Under the pieces are notes generated by a model, which saw nothing but the letters and a program-made list of their open reading frames with translations, was not told the origin of the DNA and ran no database searches. A stretch of 64,000 nucleotides of DNA, from NCBI RefSeq assembly GCF_057098645.1, contig NZ_CM169472.1, one strand, 5' to 3'. The stretch's first letter is position 1. Each line of letters starts with the position of its first letter. The position numbers and the translations under genes are program-made. This document shows positions 34,864 to 51,044 of the stretch, piece after piece.

Positions 34864-35134
34864 GGTTCCTCCTTATCGTTCCCTTCAGAATACTGCGTGA
34901 GATAATAGTGAGAAGCGGAGCACTCTGAAAGGAGGAAGTCGTATGTCCTTAACCGCCACTCCGCAAGCCTGACATATCTTTTAAGGAAATGCTGTAGATA
35001 AACATTATTCATCTTGCAGCAGAGAATTGTATTTTTCTGAATTCCTGAATTTTTGCCCTTACCGTTTTAGAATTAATAAAAAACCCGGCGCTAAATGCTT
35101 ACCGGGTTTTAGATTTATCAGGCAAATAGCAGGG

Positions 35135-38100
35135 TTAACCGCTAATCTGCTCCATCGCCTGCAAAATACGCTTATCTGAAATCGGATAAGGCGTACCAAG
35201 TTGTTGAGCGAAGTAACTAACGCGCAGCTCTTCTATCATCCAACGGATCTCTTTCACGTCTTCATCCTCACGACGTGCAGGCGGGAGTTTGTTGAACCAT
35301 TGCTGCCACGCCTGCTGGACTTTTTCGACTTTCAGCATCTGTGCACGGTCGCGATGTGGATCAACCGCCAGTTTTTCCAGTCGTTTTTCAATTGCCTGCA
35401 AATATCGCAGCGTGTCGCCCAGTCGTTTGAAGCCGTTAGCAGTAACAAAACCGCGATACACCAGCCCGCCCATCTGCGCTTTAATGTCAGAAAGCCCCAG
35501 CGCCATGGTCATATCCACCCGCCCTTTCAGACGTTTGTTGATATTGAACACTGCCGTAAGAATTTGCTCGACCTGCTTCGCAATATCTACCACCGTGTCG
35601 TTCAGTTCGGCACGCACTTTCTCATGCAGCGCAGCAAAGCCTTCTTCCGTCCAGACCGGGCCACCATTGGCGTCGATCAATTTATCCACACCGCATGAGA
35701 TACAGTCGTCGATCAGCTCCAGCACTTTGCCATACGGGTTAAAGTACAGTCCCAGCTTGGCTTTGTTTGGTAACTTCTCATGCAAGTACTTGATCGGCGA
35801 TGGAATATTCAGCAACAGTAAACGGCGAAGGCCGTTCCACATTGCCTGCTTTTGCTCGAGCGGGTTATCAAACAGTTTGATCGCCACGCTGTCGCGTTCA
35901 TCCACCAGTGCCGGCCACGCCTTCACTTTGTAGTTACCGCGCTTCTGCTCGTAGCTTTCCGGCAGTTGTCCAAAGCTCCAGATATGCAGTCCGCTCTGCT
36001 CGATACCGTCATCCGCCACCGCAGACAGCGTTTCCTGCACTTTGCCTTTCAGCGCATCTTTCAGATCTTGTAGCGAGCGCCCTTCTTTTAGCTTCTTGTT
36101 TTTGTCATCCACCACGCGGAAGGTGATTTTCAGGTGATCGGGCACTTGATCCCAGTGCCAGTCTTCGCGGTCAACGGTAACGCCGGTCATCCGCCGTAAC
36201 TCGCGCTCAAGGCTGTCGAGCAACGGTAACTCCAGCGGTGTGACGCGGCCTAAAAACGCTTCGGCGTAGTTTGGCGCGGGCACAAAATTACGGCGTACCG
36301 GTTTCGGCAACGATTTAATCAGAGCAATCACCAGTTCGCGGCGCAGACCAGGGATCTGCCACTCAAACCCACTCTCCTCAACCTGGTTAAGTAACGGCAG
36401 CGGAATATGTACGGTCACGCCGTCAGCATCTGCCCCCGGCTCAAACTGATAGCTCAAACGCAGCTTGAGATTGCCCTGATGCCAGAAGTTCGGGTAATCC
36501 AGCTTGCTGATTTTTTCCGCCCCTTCTTTGATCAACATGCTCTTTTCAAAGTTGAGCAAATCAGGCGTTTCGCGGCTGACTTTTTTCCACCAGCTGTCGA
36601 AGTGACGAGCGGAGATTACATCGTGGCTGATGCGCTGGTCGTAGAACTCAAACAACGTTTCGTCATCAACCAGAATATCGCGGCGACGTGATTTGTGTTC
36701 AAGCTCTTCCACTTCGGCCCGCAGTTTCAGGTTTTCACGGAAGAATGCGTGACGCGTCTGCCAGTCACCTTCCACCAGCGCGTGGCGAATAAAGAGTTCA
36801 CGACATAACGCCGGATCGATCTGGCTGTAGTTGACCTTGCGCGCAGCAACAATCGGCAAACCATAAACAGTGACTTTTTCCGTTGCCATCACCGCGCCCT
36901 GCGCCCGTTCCCAGTGCGGTTCGCTATAGGTGCGTTTAATCAAATGCTGAGCAACGGGTTCTACCCATTCCGGGTCGATACGCGCAGCAATGCGCCCCCA
37001 CAGGCGGCTGGTTTCTACCAGTTCCGCCACCATTACCCATTTCGGCGGCTTTTTGAATAAACCGGAACCAGGGAAGATGGAGAAACGCGCGTTACGTGCG
37101 CCAGTATATTCCTGTTTATCGGCATCTTTCATCCCGATATGGGAAAGCAAACCCGTCAGCAACGCAATGTGAATTTCTCGGTATTCCGCCGGTTCGCTGT
37201 TGACCGGAATGCCAAGTTCTTTCACCACCTGGCGCAACTGGGTGTAGATATCCTGCCATTCGCGCACGCGCAGATAGTTGAGATAATCGGTACGACACAG
37301 GCGACGGAAAGCGTTTGAAGAGAGCGCCTTTTGCTGCTCGCCAAGATAATTCCACAGATTTACAAACGCGAGGAAATCGGATTCTTTGTCGTGGAAGCGG
37401 CGATGTTTTTCGTCCGATGCCTGCTGTTTATCCATCGGACGTTCGCGCGGATCCTGAATGGAGAGCGCGGACGTGATAATCATCGCCTCACGCACACAGC
37501 CGTGTTTCTGCGCTTCAAGCACCATACGCGCAAGTCGAGGATCGACCGGCAGTTGCGAAAGCTGACGCCCGAGCGGCGTCAGTTTATAGGCGCTGGCCTG
37601 TTCATCCGTGGTGATCGCGCCCAATTCTTCGAGCAGACGCACGCCATCCTGGATATTGCGTTTATCCGGTGCTTCTACAAACGGGAACGCGGCGATATCG
37701 CCCAACCCCAGCGCGGTCATCTGCAAAATAACCGAGGCCAGGTTAGTACGCAGAATTTCCGGGTCGGTAAACTCCGGGCGCGAGAGGAAATCGTCTTCGG
37801 AATAGAGACGAATACAGATCCCTTCGGACACACGACCACAACGGCCTTTACGCTGATTGGCAGACGCCTGCGAAATCGGCTCAATCGGCAAACGCTGCAC
37901 TTTGGTGCGATAGCTGTAGCGGCTGATACGCGCTGTACCGGGGTCGATAACGTGTTTAATCCCCGGTACGGTCAGCGACGTTTCCGCGACGTTGGTCGCC
38001 AGCACAATGCGCCGTCCGCTATGCGACTGGAACACCCTATTCTGTTCGCTGTTCGAAAGCCGCGCATAAAGCGGCAAGATTTCCGTATGTCGTAAGTTCA

Positions 38101-39037
38101 GTTTGTTCAGTGCATCAGCGGTATCGCGAATTTCCCGCTCGCCGCTCATAAAGATCAGAATGTCGCCGGGGCTTTCCTGGCTCAGTTCGTCTACGGCGTC
38201 AAAAATCGCCTGCAATTGATCGCGCTCGGTGTCATCGGCTTCTTCAACAATCGGGCGATAGCGCACTTCCACCGGATAGGTCCGACCGGAGACTTCGATA
38301 ATCGGCGCATTATTAAAGTGGCGCGAAAAGCGTTCCGGGTCGATAGTCGCGGAAGTGATAATGATTTTTAGGTCAGGACGCCGCGGCAGCAACTCTTTCA
38401 AATAGCCGAGCAGAAAATCGATATTCAGGCTACGTTCGTGCGCTTCATCGATAATGATGGTGTCGTACTGCATCAGCAGGCGGTCTTGCTGGATCTCCGC
38501 CAGCAGGATACCGTCGGTCATCAGCTTGACCATCGTGTTATCGCTTACGTGATCGCTGAAACGCACTTTGTAACCGATGCAACCGCCCGGCTCCGTTTTC
38601 AGCTCTTCCGCAATACGGTTCGCCACCGTTCGTGCCGCCAGGCGACGCGGCTGGGTATGACCGATCAGCCCTTTAATACCGCGCCCCAACTCCATACAGA
38701 TTTTCGGTAGCTGAGTCGTTTTACCGGAACCGGTTTCCCCGGAGACGATCACCACCTGGTGATCACGAATCGCTTCGAGAATGTCCTGCTTTTTCTGACT
38801 AACCGGCAAATTGTCCGGGTAAGTAATTTCCGGTCGTGCCGCTTCACGCAGCAGGACTTTCCCTGCCGCCTGGTCAATCTCTTTCGCCATCTCCTGGAAA
38901 ATGGCCTGTTGTGCATCAGGATTTTTAACCTTCTTCACACCATGCAGACGGCGAGAAAAACGCAGTCTGTCACGCAGCATCAGCGAATCCAGCCGCTGCT
39001 GCAAAGCAGTAAAGGTCAATTTTTGTTGTTCTGTCAT
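35135..39037 (-). CDS. hrpA: DEAH-box ATP-dependent RNA helicase HrpA
   Basis: 1300 aa; Walker A GETGSGKTTQ, DEAH box, helicase C-terminal and HA2/OB domains. Confidence 0.95.
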   Translation of the reverse strand: MTEQQKLTFTALQQRLDSLMLRDRLRFSRRLHGVKKVKNPDAQQAIFQEMAKEIDQAAGKVLLREAARPEITYPDNLPVSQKKQDILEAIRDHQVVIVSGETGSGKTTQLPKICMELGRGIKGLIGHTQPRRLAARTVANRIAEELKTEPGGCIGYKVRFSDHVSDNTMVKLMTDGILLAEIQQDRLLMQYDTIIIDEAHERSLNIDFLLGYLKELLPRRPDLKIIITSATIDPERFSRHFNNAPIIEVSGRTYPVEVRYRPIVEEADDTERDQLQAIFDAVDELSQESPGDILIFMSGEREIRDTADALNKLNLRHTEILPLYARLSNSEQNRVFQSHSGRRIVLATNVAETSLTVPGIKHVIDPGTARISRYSYRTKVQRLPIEPISQASANQRKGRCGRVSEGICIRLYSEDDFLSRPEFTDPEILRTNLASVILQMTALGLGDIAAFPFVEAPDKRNIQDGVRLLEELGAITTDEQASAYKLTPLGRQLSQLPVDPRLARMVLEAQKHGCVREAMIITSALSIQDPRERPMDKQQASDEKHRRFHDKESDFLAFVNLWNYLGEQQKALSSNAFRRLCRTDYLNYLRVREWQDIYTQLRQVVKELGIPVNSEPAEYREIHIALLTGLLSHIGMKDADKQEYTGARNARFSIFPGSGLFKKPPKWVMVAELVETSRLWGRIAARIDPEWVEPVAQHLIKRTYSEPHWERAQGAVMATEKVTVYGLPIVAARKVNYSQIDPALCRELFIRHALVEGDWQTRHAFFRENLKLRAEVEELEHKSRRRDILVDDETLFEFYDQRISHDVISARHFDSWWKKVSRETPDLLNFEKSMLIKEGAEKISKLDYPNFWHQGNLKLRLSYQFEPGADADGVTVHIPLPLLNQVEESGFEWQIPGLRRELVIALIKSLPKPVRRNFVPAPNYAEAFLGRVTPLELPLLDSLERELRRMTGVTVDREDWHWDQVPDHLKITFRVVDDKNKKLKEGRSLQDLKDALKGKVQETLSAVADDGIEQSGLHIWSFGQLPESYEQKRGNYKVKAWPALVDERDSVAIKLFDNPLEQKQAMWNGLRRLLLLNIPSPIKYLHEKLPNKAKLGLYFNPYGKVLELIDDCISCGVDKLIDANGGPVWTEEGFAALHEKVRAELNDTVVDIAKQVEQILTAVFNINKRLKGRVDMTMALGLSDIKAQMGGLVYRGFVTANGFKRLGDTLRYLQAIEKRLEKLAVDPHRDRAQMLKVEKVQQAWQQWFNKLPPARREDEDVKEIRWMIEELRVSYFAQQLGTPYPISDKRILQAMEQISG

Positions 39038-39228
39038 AACGTTAGAGGGCAGTAGTCTGCCTGATTAATTTTCTTTTAAATGATAGATATAGAGTACCAC
39101 ATCGCGGCTTTCTATGCGTTGTTCAATAAATTCGAACATAGGCTTCGATTTATTGCGCTATCTCTGTGGCAGGATTGTGAATAAAGTGTCAGCAAGCAAC
39201 GGGGCATCGCCCATTCAAACATCTATAA

Positions 39229-39843
<615 letters not shown>

Positions 39844-39857
39844 CCGGACACGGTCTT

Positions 39858-39887
39858 GATGTGGACTGTAGATATTCAGTCCACATC
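39858..39887. terminator. Bidirectional terminator between azoR and ynbD
   Basis: Perfect 11-bp stem GATGTGGACTG / CAGTCCACATC with 8-nt loop. Confidence 0.65.
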
Positions 39888-39896
39888 TCAATCCAC

Positions 39897-41732
<1,836 letters not shown>

Positions 41733-41736
<4 letters not shown>

Positions 41737-42059
41737 TTTTTCCAGAGGCGGTCGAACTCCGCCTTCGCAAAATAAGCGGAAGCCTGGCGAAGGATATCGT
41801 TACTGCGGCGCAGTTCACGATTTTCACGCTCCAGCTCTTTCAGACGCTGACGTTCAGCGGTGGTGAGCCCTCCATCACCGCCCCCGGTATCCCGCTCATG
41901 CTGGCGAACCCAGACACGCAGAGTCTCCGGCGTACAGCCAATCTTTGGAGCAATGGAACAAATTGTCGCCCATTGTGAGTCATATTCGCCCTGACTTTCC
42001 AGAACCATACGGACTGCCCGTTGACGGACTTCAGGGGAAAAACGAGTATTTTTAGTCAT
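41733..42059 (-). CDS. IS629 transposase OrfA (HTH DNA-binding)
   Basis: 108 aa [19 protein letters not shown]…; A-run GAAAAAATG at the orfA/orfB overlap is a likely -1 frameshift site. Confidence 0.9.
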
Positions 42060-42067
42060 CCTGTTTA

Positions 42068-44273
<2,206 letters not shown>

Positions 44274-44288
44274 TTTCTCTATTTTCCT

Positions 44289-45185
44289 TCAGTAACAGCA
44301 GTAGCGAATAAAATAAAAAAATACCGGAGCGGTGAAAATTAATGAGTCAATCCTGTCAAGGAGTCCGCCATGTCCTGGTAATAGTTTTCCGCTATCTTTA
44401 ACACCCACATCTCGTTTGACGGCTGACATCACTACATCGCCGCAAAAACCACTAATACCAATTAACAAACCCGCTAATAATGCCTGTAATGTATTTAGCG
44501 GTGTCAGCAACGGTCCAATAATCAGTGACGCAATCATGGTGGTGATGACGCCCCCCACCAGACCTTCCAGCGTTTTTCCCGGGCTGACTTTGGGGACCAC
44601 TTTTCTTCTGCCGCAGGATTTCCCCCATAAATACTGTGCAATATCGTTTGACTCTGTTAACGCCAAAAGAAATAACACCAGTAACGCCCCGCCCTGGGTA
44701 TTTGTGGTTGGCAACATTAATAACCAGGCGGCATGACTCAAGGCAAAAACGGTCATTATCCAGCCCCAAAAAATGGCGCTCACGGTATGCAGAAAACCGG
44801 AGGGATCACCCACAAAAACTCGCCAGGTGGTTAATATCAGAAACCCAGCCAAAGGTATAAATAACAGAAACAGCTCAAAGCAATTAAAACCGATAAGCAA
44901 ATAGTTAAGAGGAATAACCCAATATAACCAACGCGGAAAATGTACGGATATAAGCGTACAATATTCTTTCAATGCCAGAAAACTTATCAGCGCAAAAAAC
45001 GTCAACGTCATCCAGCGTGGACCTGAAATCACCAGTGAAAAACAAATGACGATACCCCACCAGGTACGAATACGTAATGTAACTTCATCCCCTTTTCTCT
45101 CCGGTAACCGCCATACCCGAAAACGGTTTATCAGCGTTGCTAAAATTAACAACGCGAAAAGTGTTGCCAGAGATTTTTCCAGCAT
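44289..45185 (-). CDS. ynbB: YnbB, CdsA-like phosphatidate cytidylyltransferase paralogue
   Basis: 298-aa polytopic membrane ORF, CTP-transferase-1 family features. Confidence 0.8.
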   Translation of the reverse strand: MLEKSLATLFALLILATLINRFRVWRLPERKGDEVTLRIRTWWGIVICFSLVISGPRWMTLTFFALISFLALKEYCTLISVHFPRWLYWVIPLNYLLIGFNCFELFLLFIPLAGFLILTTWRVFVGDPSGFLHTVSAIFWGWIMTVFALSHAAWLLMLPTTNTQGGALLVLFLLALTESNDIAQYLWGKSCGRRKVVPKVSPGKTLEGLVGGVITTMIASLIIGPLLTPLNTLQALLAGLLIGISGFCGDVVMSAVKRDVGVKDSGKLLPGHGGLLDRIDSLIFTAPVFFYFIRYCCY

Positions 45186-45790
45186 TATCTTTCAGCACTC
45201 ATCAGGAGCACACTCCGACAACGATTAATCGCAGTCCAGATAAGCAGAATTGAAGCAATGCCCCATAAAAGATTATTCCATTGCATCCACTGTGGATAAA
45301 TGGCAACGGCCAGCCCCCACAACCCAAATATTAACGCACGATCGCTTTTGCCGAATGGACCGGCATAACTGCGAATACCGTTAATCGTCTGCGCGAGTAA
45401 ACCGCAAAACTCAGTCAATATGGTGCAAAATAACATGAGTATTACGAGTGATGCGTTACTTTCCGGTAAAAATAAAAACGGTAAATAGAGCGCAATATCG
45501 GAAATAACATCGCCAGTTTCATTCAAAATCGCCCCCAGACGTGTTTGCTGATTGCACTCACGCGCCAACATGCCATCCAGCGCATTGAGTGCCATACGGA
45601 TAAAAAGCACGATGGGCAATAGCAAAAAGAGGATGGGTTGTGCGACCAACATCAACAGCAATCCGGTAATAAGAGAAAGCGCCAGTGCAGCAAGAGTGAT
45701 GTGATTCGCTGTAACATGGTGCTTATAAAGCCAAAACATCGTCGGCCTTAACAGCGACTGAAAGAGCGGTTTTATCTGGTAGAGCGTCAT
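45185..45790 (-). CDS. ynbA: YnbA, CDP-alcohol phosphatidyltransferase family
   Basis: Motif DGMLAR…G…D…D present (LNALDGMLARECNQQTRLGAILNETGDVISD). Confidence 0.85.
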   Translation of the reverse strand: MTLYQIKPLFQSLLRPTMFWLYKHHVTANHITLAALALSLITGLLLMLVAQPILFLLLPIVLFIRMALNALDGMLARECNQQTRLGAILNETGDVISDIALYLPFLFLPESNASLVILMLFCTILTEFCGLLAQTINGIRSYAGPFGKSDRALIFGLWGLAVAIYPQWMQWNNLLWGIASILLIWTAINRCRSVLLMSAER

Positions 45791-45959
45791 TATCAATCCT
45801 TGATAATTCGGTTTGCGCTATGGTGCATCAATTCCCCTGACGGAGATATCGCAACACGACGCTTCATTAAAAATTCAGAATATATCAAGGTATTGGGGAC
45901 TCACTGTCAGGAATGATTATCCCAATAAATCAAGTGGTTAAAAATTATTACGCTGTTAT

Positions 45960-48266
45960 TCAATACAACTCATCAAGTTTTCTCATCGCTTGTTCCCGTA
46001 TTGCGCGCGTCTTACCGTTAAGCGCCAGCTGGCGAACTAAATCCAGTTCAGGGTTAACAAGCTCTAACGCCAGCAAAGGATCACGTTTCAGCCTCGCCTT
46101 TAATACATCAACTGGAAAACGGGGATTATTCATCGCCACAATCCACCACTCGGGATCAATTTCTGCCGCCAGTACTGCAGGCGGTGTGTGGCGGTTGTTA
46201 AGTGCGCCGAACTTGAAAAATGTGAGATTGCTTTTCGCCAGTGTACTCCACCATATACGATCCGGTTGTTTTGCCAGTACATCCAGTTGTGCTAACGCAT
46301 CGGGGTCTAGTGCATAATAAACACGTAACGCTTCGTTAACCTGCGCACGGGAACTGTTTTCCTGCCTCAGAAAAAACTTCGCCCAAATATCATTGCGTGG
46401 CGTGTTTTGCTGTAATTCCTTGAGAACAACAGCGGGTAAATTATCCCAACTAATTAATGCACTCTCTAAAAAGTCCCAGTCGTCCGAACGTATCAGAGAG
46501 GTGGCATTTAATAGCATCTGGTCATCAACTTCACCGTAGCTGATAAGCTCAGACAAAATCATATCAGCGCTGGTTTCATATGCATCTGAATCTGCTTTGG
46601 GATTATTTTTCCGATGCGATAAAGCACGTTGCCAAATTTTTTGTTTCATCGACGTGCTCAGATACTGATTTTTCGCCAGATTACTCCACCCCTCAGGATC
46701 GTTGAAACGTGTCAATAACCGTTGTAAAGCAGCGTCAGAGTGAATTATCTGCATATCCCGACAGCAAAAGTAGGCAGGGGATTTTTTCTCCATCCTTTTA
46801 ACAAAATTAAACTGTAAGTTATCTGGCAACGCTAAAAATAACGCACCTATTAGATCATCGTCATTCTCGAATTTTTGGTATAAATATACTGCTATTTTGT
46901 CACTCTCTTGTGGCGTCATCCGCAACAATTGACCATGGTGTTTCATCTCTGCCAGCTTTAACGCTAAGCTTGTGACAACATCGTTTGATGAATCGTTCGC
47001 CAACTGCATTGCCTGATTGTAGGTGAGTTGTCCTCCAGCACCGACCTGACGAATAGAGGAATCATCACTGCGGATATAGCCATCAATAATGGATTCGGGC
47101 AATAACCACGCATCTTTATAAAGCTCCTGAATGATCATATCCCAATCTCTTTTCGCCAGAGTCATGACGATATCCAGAGGGAGATTTTCACGTAGCGCAA
47201 GATTCAACGGACCGACACCATCAGGTAGATGACTCATTCGCGTCATTATTTCGACAGAGAGCGGTTCACGGTCGAGCAACCCCAGAACAACAGGCTGGTA
47301 ACCCAATTGCTGATCGGTCAACTCCAGAATCTCATTGTCAGGCATATATCTCGCCATACTTGCAATCGTTTGTCCATCATTGCTATTAATAAGTTGTTTG
47401 CGTAGGTTAGCTGAAATTCCTTTAAGCCTTGGGAGAGTTCGCATTATGGCAAGATCAAATGTCGCAATATCTCGTCCTTCAAATGCAGCAACGTTGCCTT
47501 CATCCAGCATTTGCAATTCCTGCACTAACTCAGGAGAAGGCTTAGGGCGAAACAGCGCTTCTTTTTTCATCTGATTACAGACATTCCCTGCCATGCGAAT
47601 ATTGCTTCGCTTAAAAATTTCTTTCAGAGCATCTTCATTATTTATTAGACCCCAATAATATGCATCAGGATTTATTATCATCAGCGCTTTTTTGACATTT
47701 TCAGTGTCATTTTTGTCACTCGCACGGACCATGAATTCACTATTTGTCGAAGACGCAACAACAGGTGCAATTATGTCATTGATAAATATCCCACGCGCAT
47801 TAATACTCCCCTTAATCGTAGACGGATTATCGTAATATGAGTCGATAAATACCAGTCCACTTGCATTTATCGAACCGGTAATTAACAGTGGTGAATCCGT
47901 AACTATATTCGTTGCCGTCACGTTACCGAGAATAACCCATGGATTAGAAAGAGAGAAAGTGGAAATATTACCTTTGACTGTCAAATTGCCAAGAACAATC
48001 AATTTTTGATTACTCTCTATATTACCTTCTACCACTAAATCGCCACGATGCACTTTCCAGTCCGATGCAGATAAACCGAAGGGGACAAGATTCACGCTAC
48101 TGTTGATAGCTTGTTCAACTTGTTGTTTATCTTCAGCGGTAGCCGCAGAAAAAAATGGTTCAATATCAACTGCATTTGCAACACATCGAAGTTCCGCCTG
48201 TACTGGAAGACTCAGCATAAACAGGGGAAGTAAACCTATCCAGCTGCAAATCCTGGGCTTAAACAT
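45960..48266 (-). CDS. ydbD: Large uncharacterized secreted protein YdbD
   Basis: About 768-aa ORF with N-terminal signal peptide; function unknown. Confidence 0.8.
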   Translation of the reverse strand: MFKPRICSWIGLLPLFMLSLPVQAELRCVANAVDIEPFFSAATAEDKQQVEQAINSSVNLVPFGLSASDWKVHRGDLVVEGNIESNQKLIVLGNLTVKGNISTFSLSNPWVILGNVTATNIVTDSPLLITGSINASGLVFIDSYYDNPSTIKGSINARGIFINDIIAPVVASSTNSEFMVRASDKNDTENVKKALMIINPDAYYWGLINNEDALKEIFKRSNIRMAGNVCNQMKKEALFRPKPSPELVQELQMLDEGNVAAFEGRDIATFDLAIMRTLPRLKGISANLRKQLINSNDGQTIASMARYMPDNEILELTDQQLGYQPVVLGLLDREPLSVEIMTRMSHLPDGVGPLNLALRENLPLDIVMTLAKRDWDMIIQELYKDAWLLPESIIDGYIRSDDSSIRQVGAGGQLTYNQAMQLANDSSNDVVTSLALKLAEMKHHGQLLRMTPQESDKIAVYLYQKFENDDDLIGALFLALPDNLQFNFVKRMEKKSPAYFCCRDMQIIHSDAALQRLLTRFNDPEGWSNLAKNQYLSTSMKQKIWQRALSHRKNNPKADSDAYETSADMILSELISYGEVDDQMLLNATSLIRSDDWDFLESALISWDNLPAVVLKELQQNTPRNDIWAKFFLRQENSSRAQVNEALRVYYALDPDALAQLDVLAKQPDRIWWSTLAKSNLTFFKFGALNNRHTPPAVLAAEIDPEWWIVAMNNPRFPVDVLKARLKRDPLLALELVNPELDLVRQLALNGKTRAIREQAMRKLDELY

Positions 48267-48329
48267 ATGCACTCCATGCCATTAAAAAAGAAACAAAAGG
48301 GAAATGCATCTTTCCCTTTTGTATATTCG

Positions 48330-49190
48330 TTATTCTCGCGAAATACCATCCAACGTAGACAACACTTCCTCAGAAAGATGCAATTTTTCAGCAGCCATAT
48401 TCTCCCGTAAATGCGCTACAGAAGACGTCCCTGGGATCAGCAAAATATTCGGTGAACGTTGTAACAGCCACGCCAGCGCCACCTGCATTGGTGTTGCACC
48501 CAGGCTCGCAGCAACATCGGAAAGCGTGGAAGATTGCAGCGGCGTAAAGCCCCCGAGCGGGAAGAACGGCACATAGGCAATGCCTTCGCGGGCCAAAGCA
48601 TCAATCATTGCGTCATCAGCACGATGAGCAATGTTGTATTCGTTTTGCACACAGACGATTTCGGTAATCTTACGCGCCTCTGCAACCTGCGTCGGTGTGA
48701 CGTTGCTCAGGCCAATATGTTTTACCAGGCCTTGTTGTTGCATCTCTGCCAGCACGGTCAGGCTGGCTTCAATCGATCCTTCCGCCGGGCCATGACCATC
48801 CCCCATCATCACGCGCAGGTTAACCACATCCAGTACGTCCAGGCCGAGATTACGTAGATTATCGTGTACCGCTTTTTGCAGCTCTGCCGGAGAAAAGGCG
48901 GGCAACCAGGAAGCGTCTTCTCCACGCCGCGCACCAATTTTAGTGACAATTGTCAGGTCGTCAGAGTAAGGATAAAGCGCTTCGCGGATAATCTGATTGG
49001 TGACGTGCGGACCATAAAAATCGCTGGTATCAATATGATTGACGCCCAATGCCAGCGCCTCGCGCAGCACGGTAATAGCGACATGGCGATCTCTGGGGGG
49101 GCCGAAAACCCCAGGACCTGCCAGTTGCATCGCGCCATAACCAAGACGGTTAACGGATTTTGTACCGAGAGTAAATGTATTGCTGCTCAT
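48330..49190 (-). CDS. ydbC: Aldo-keto reductase YdbC
   Basis: 286 aa from MSSNTFTLG; AKR fold. Confidence 0.85.
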   Translation of the reverse strand: MSSNTFTLGTKSVNRLGYGAMQLAGPGVFGPPRDRHVAITVLREALALGVNHIDTSDFYGPHVTNQIIREALYPYSDDLTIVTKIGARRGEDASWLPAFSPAELQKAVHDNLRNLGLDVLDVVNLRVMMGDGHGPAEGSIEASLTVLAEMQQQGLVKHIGLSNVTPTQVAEARKITEIVCVQNEYNIAHRADDAMIDALAREGIAYVPFFPLGGFTPLQSSTLSDVAASLGATPMQVALAWLLQRSPNILLIPGTSSVAHLRENMAAEKLHLSEEVLSTLDGISRE

Positions 49191-49421
49191 CGATACAGGT
49201 TGCGGTTTTTTTATTGCCAGATGCGGCGCTTGACGCGTTTTGTTTTGGTGTCTTTCAGGATAACAGAGCAACCCATCCAGTAATCTTGTTTACGCCCTCG
49301 CATTATTTATCTCTATTCATTTCTATACTGATTTTTCTTAATCCGTTTTATTACAGGGCAGGGTGCAGCGTTGCGGTTTAGGTATCACCTGCTAAAAATT
49401 AGAACGTTCAGCATCAGGACG

Positions 49422-50012
49422 TTACTGTTTCGGTCGCAGATTCTCATCAAATACCAGGCGCTGCCGGCCAGGTTCAACTTCCCGCAATGGCTCGACTTGA
49501 TGCAACGTCTGCTTACAGCGTGTCACCAGCACCTGATACTCATGCGTGCCCTGCTTTTTCCATGCCAGTTCCTGCTCACTAAGTTCACGAATCGCTTTGG
49601 CCGGGCTGCCGACAATCAGGTAATTAGCAGGCATTTCTGCTTTGGCTTTCACAAATGCGGATGCGCTAACAATGCTGTTCTCGCCAATCACCGCACCGTC
49701 CATCACTACCGCGTTCATTCCCACTAATGCATTGCGGCGGATAATGCAGCCGTGAAGGATAGCGCTATGACCAATATGTCCATCTTCTTCCACGACAGTA
49801 TCCTGCTCGGGAAAACCGTGCATAACGCAATTATCCTGAATGTTCGCACCATCTTTCACCACGATACGACCAAAATCGCCACGCAAGCTGGCATTTGGCC
49901 CAACGTAAACGCCCTTGCCGAGAATAACATCGCCGATCAATACCGCTGTCGGATGGACAAAGCTCTCTTCTGGCACAACCGGAGTCAGACCATCTATCTG
50001 GTAAATTGGCAT
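49422..50012 (-). CDS. paaY: PaaY, hexapeptide-repeat thioesterase / regulatory protein of phenylacetate catabolism
   Basis: 196-aa gamma-carbonic-anhydrase-like hexapeptide ORF; overlaps paaX 3' end. Confidence 0.85.
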   Translation of the reverse strand: MPIYQIDGLTPVVPEESFVHPTAVLIGDVILGKGVYVGPNASLRGDFGRIVVKDGANIQDNCVMHGFPEQDTVVEEDGHIGHSAILHGCIIRRNALVGMNAVVMDGAVIGENSIVSASAFVKAKAEMPANYLIVGSPAKAIRELSEQELAWKKQGTHEYQVLVTRCKQTLHQVEPLREVEPGRQRLVFDENLRPKQ

Positions 50013-50944
50013 AACGCCTCCTGTTCAATATTTAAGCCGCCAAAACGTTGAAAATACAGGCTTCCCGGCGCAGGCAGTTCACCGACCGAGGTTTCACCTT
50101 TTTCACTAACGAACGCTAAAGCAGCAGGCGCTACGCGCTGATAAATGTTGATACACAGCTGACGTGCCGTATGCCCTGCCCAGTGTGCCGGAAGCAACTC
50201 CTCCGGCAACAATGGGTCTTTAAGGACGACACGGCGATAAAAATGGATCAGTAAAAGCTGAATATGAAATGCACGCTCCGGGGTTAACTCGTCTGCCGTC
50301 TCTTTTAACAGCGGCACCAGCGGGCGGAATGACTGAATAAAGGTTTCGTACATGGCATTTTGTTCAGTTAAATGCCAGCACTCTTCCACTCTGGCACGCA
50401 GTGCTGCACGAGAAAGCGCCAGTGGTATTTGCGCTTCAAAACAAATCACGTTATCCGCCACACCCGCTTCATGCAAAAGTGTCTGTACATCCGCCAGTTT
50501 TTGCGACGGCGATGCCATCAGGCTGGGCGCCAGTGCACCAAAACCTTGCCAGATCAACTGCTTTTTGACATCAGCCAGCGTCGCTTTATCTAAACCTTCC
50601 GAGAGCAACAGGAGCCATTTACCATCCCATGCAGGTTGCTCTGCGCGATAAATTTTACTTTCTGCCCGTCGCGTCAGGCGCAAGCCTTTATCACTGAGGC
50701 TATAGAAACTGCGTCGCCCGATGCGGGAAACATCCAGCCAGCCTTCTTTATTAAGACGAAACAAAGCGGTGCGCACGAAACGCTCACCAAATCCCAGCCC
50801 TTCCAGCAAAGCAGCCAGACTACCCAGCCAGATTTCACCACCACGATGGGAAAGCGAATCACCATACAGAGAGGAGATCAAAGATGTGCCACTGACCGGA
50901 ACAGCGTTTACAGCATGTTGGATAAAAGTATCAAGTTTACTCAT
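49994..50944 (-). CDS. paaX: PaaX, phenylacetyl-CoA-responsive repressor of the paa operon
   Basis: 316-aa ORF of expected length. Confidence 0.85.
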   Translation of the reverse strand: MSKLDTFIQHAVNAVPVSGTSLISSLYGDSLSHRGGEIWLGSLAALLEGLGFGERFVRTALFRLNKEGWLDVSRIGRRSFYSLSDKGLRLTRRAESKIYRAEQPAWDGKWLLLLSEGLDKATLADVKKQLIWQGFGALAPSLMASPSQKLADVQTLLHEAGVADNVICFEAQIPLALSRAALRARVEECWHLTEQNAMYETFIQSFRPLVPLLKETADELTPERAFHIQLLLIHFYRRVVLKDPLLPEELLPAHWAGHTARQLCINIYQRVAPAALAFVSEKGETSVGELPAPGSLYFQRFGGLNIEQEALCQFTR

Positions 50945-51003
50945 TCGATTCAGTCTGTTGTTATTGTTGTGATTTATGAATCATAGCACAGGTCGTATCG
51001 ACT

Positions 51004-51037
51004 TCTGGCCCTGGCGCTTTACCCCACCAGGGCCAGA
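51004..51037. terminator. Terminator hairpin downstream of the paaK remnant
   Basis: 11-bp stem TCTGGCCCTGG / CCAGGGCCAGA with 12-nt loop. Confidence 0.5.
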
Positions 51038-51044
51038 CGACACA

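Noticed and set aside
35201-38095. Plus-strand ORFs of 165–254 aa inside hrpA (35201..35698, 35289..35933, 37331..38095)
   Set aside because: They lie antisense to the well-supported 1300-aa helicase gene, have no RBS and low-complexity Arg/Ser/Leu-rich translations; typical spurious antisense frames.
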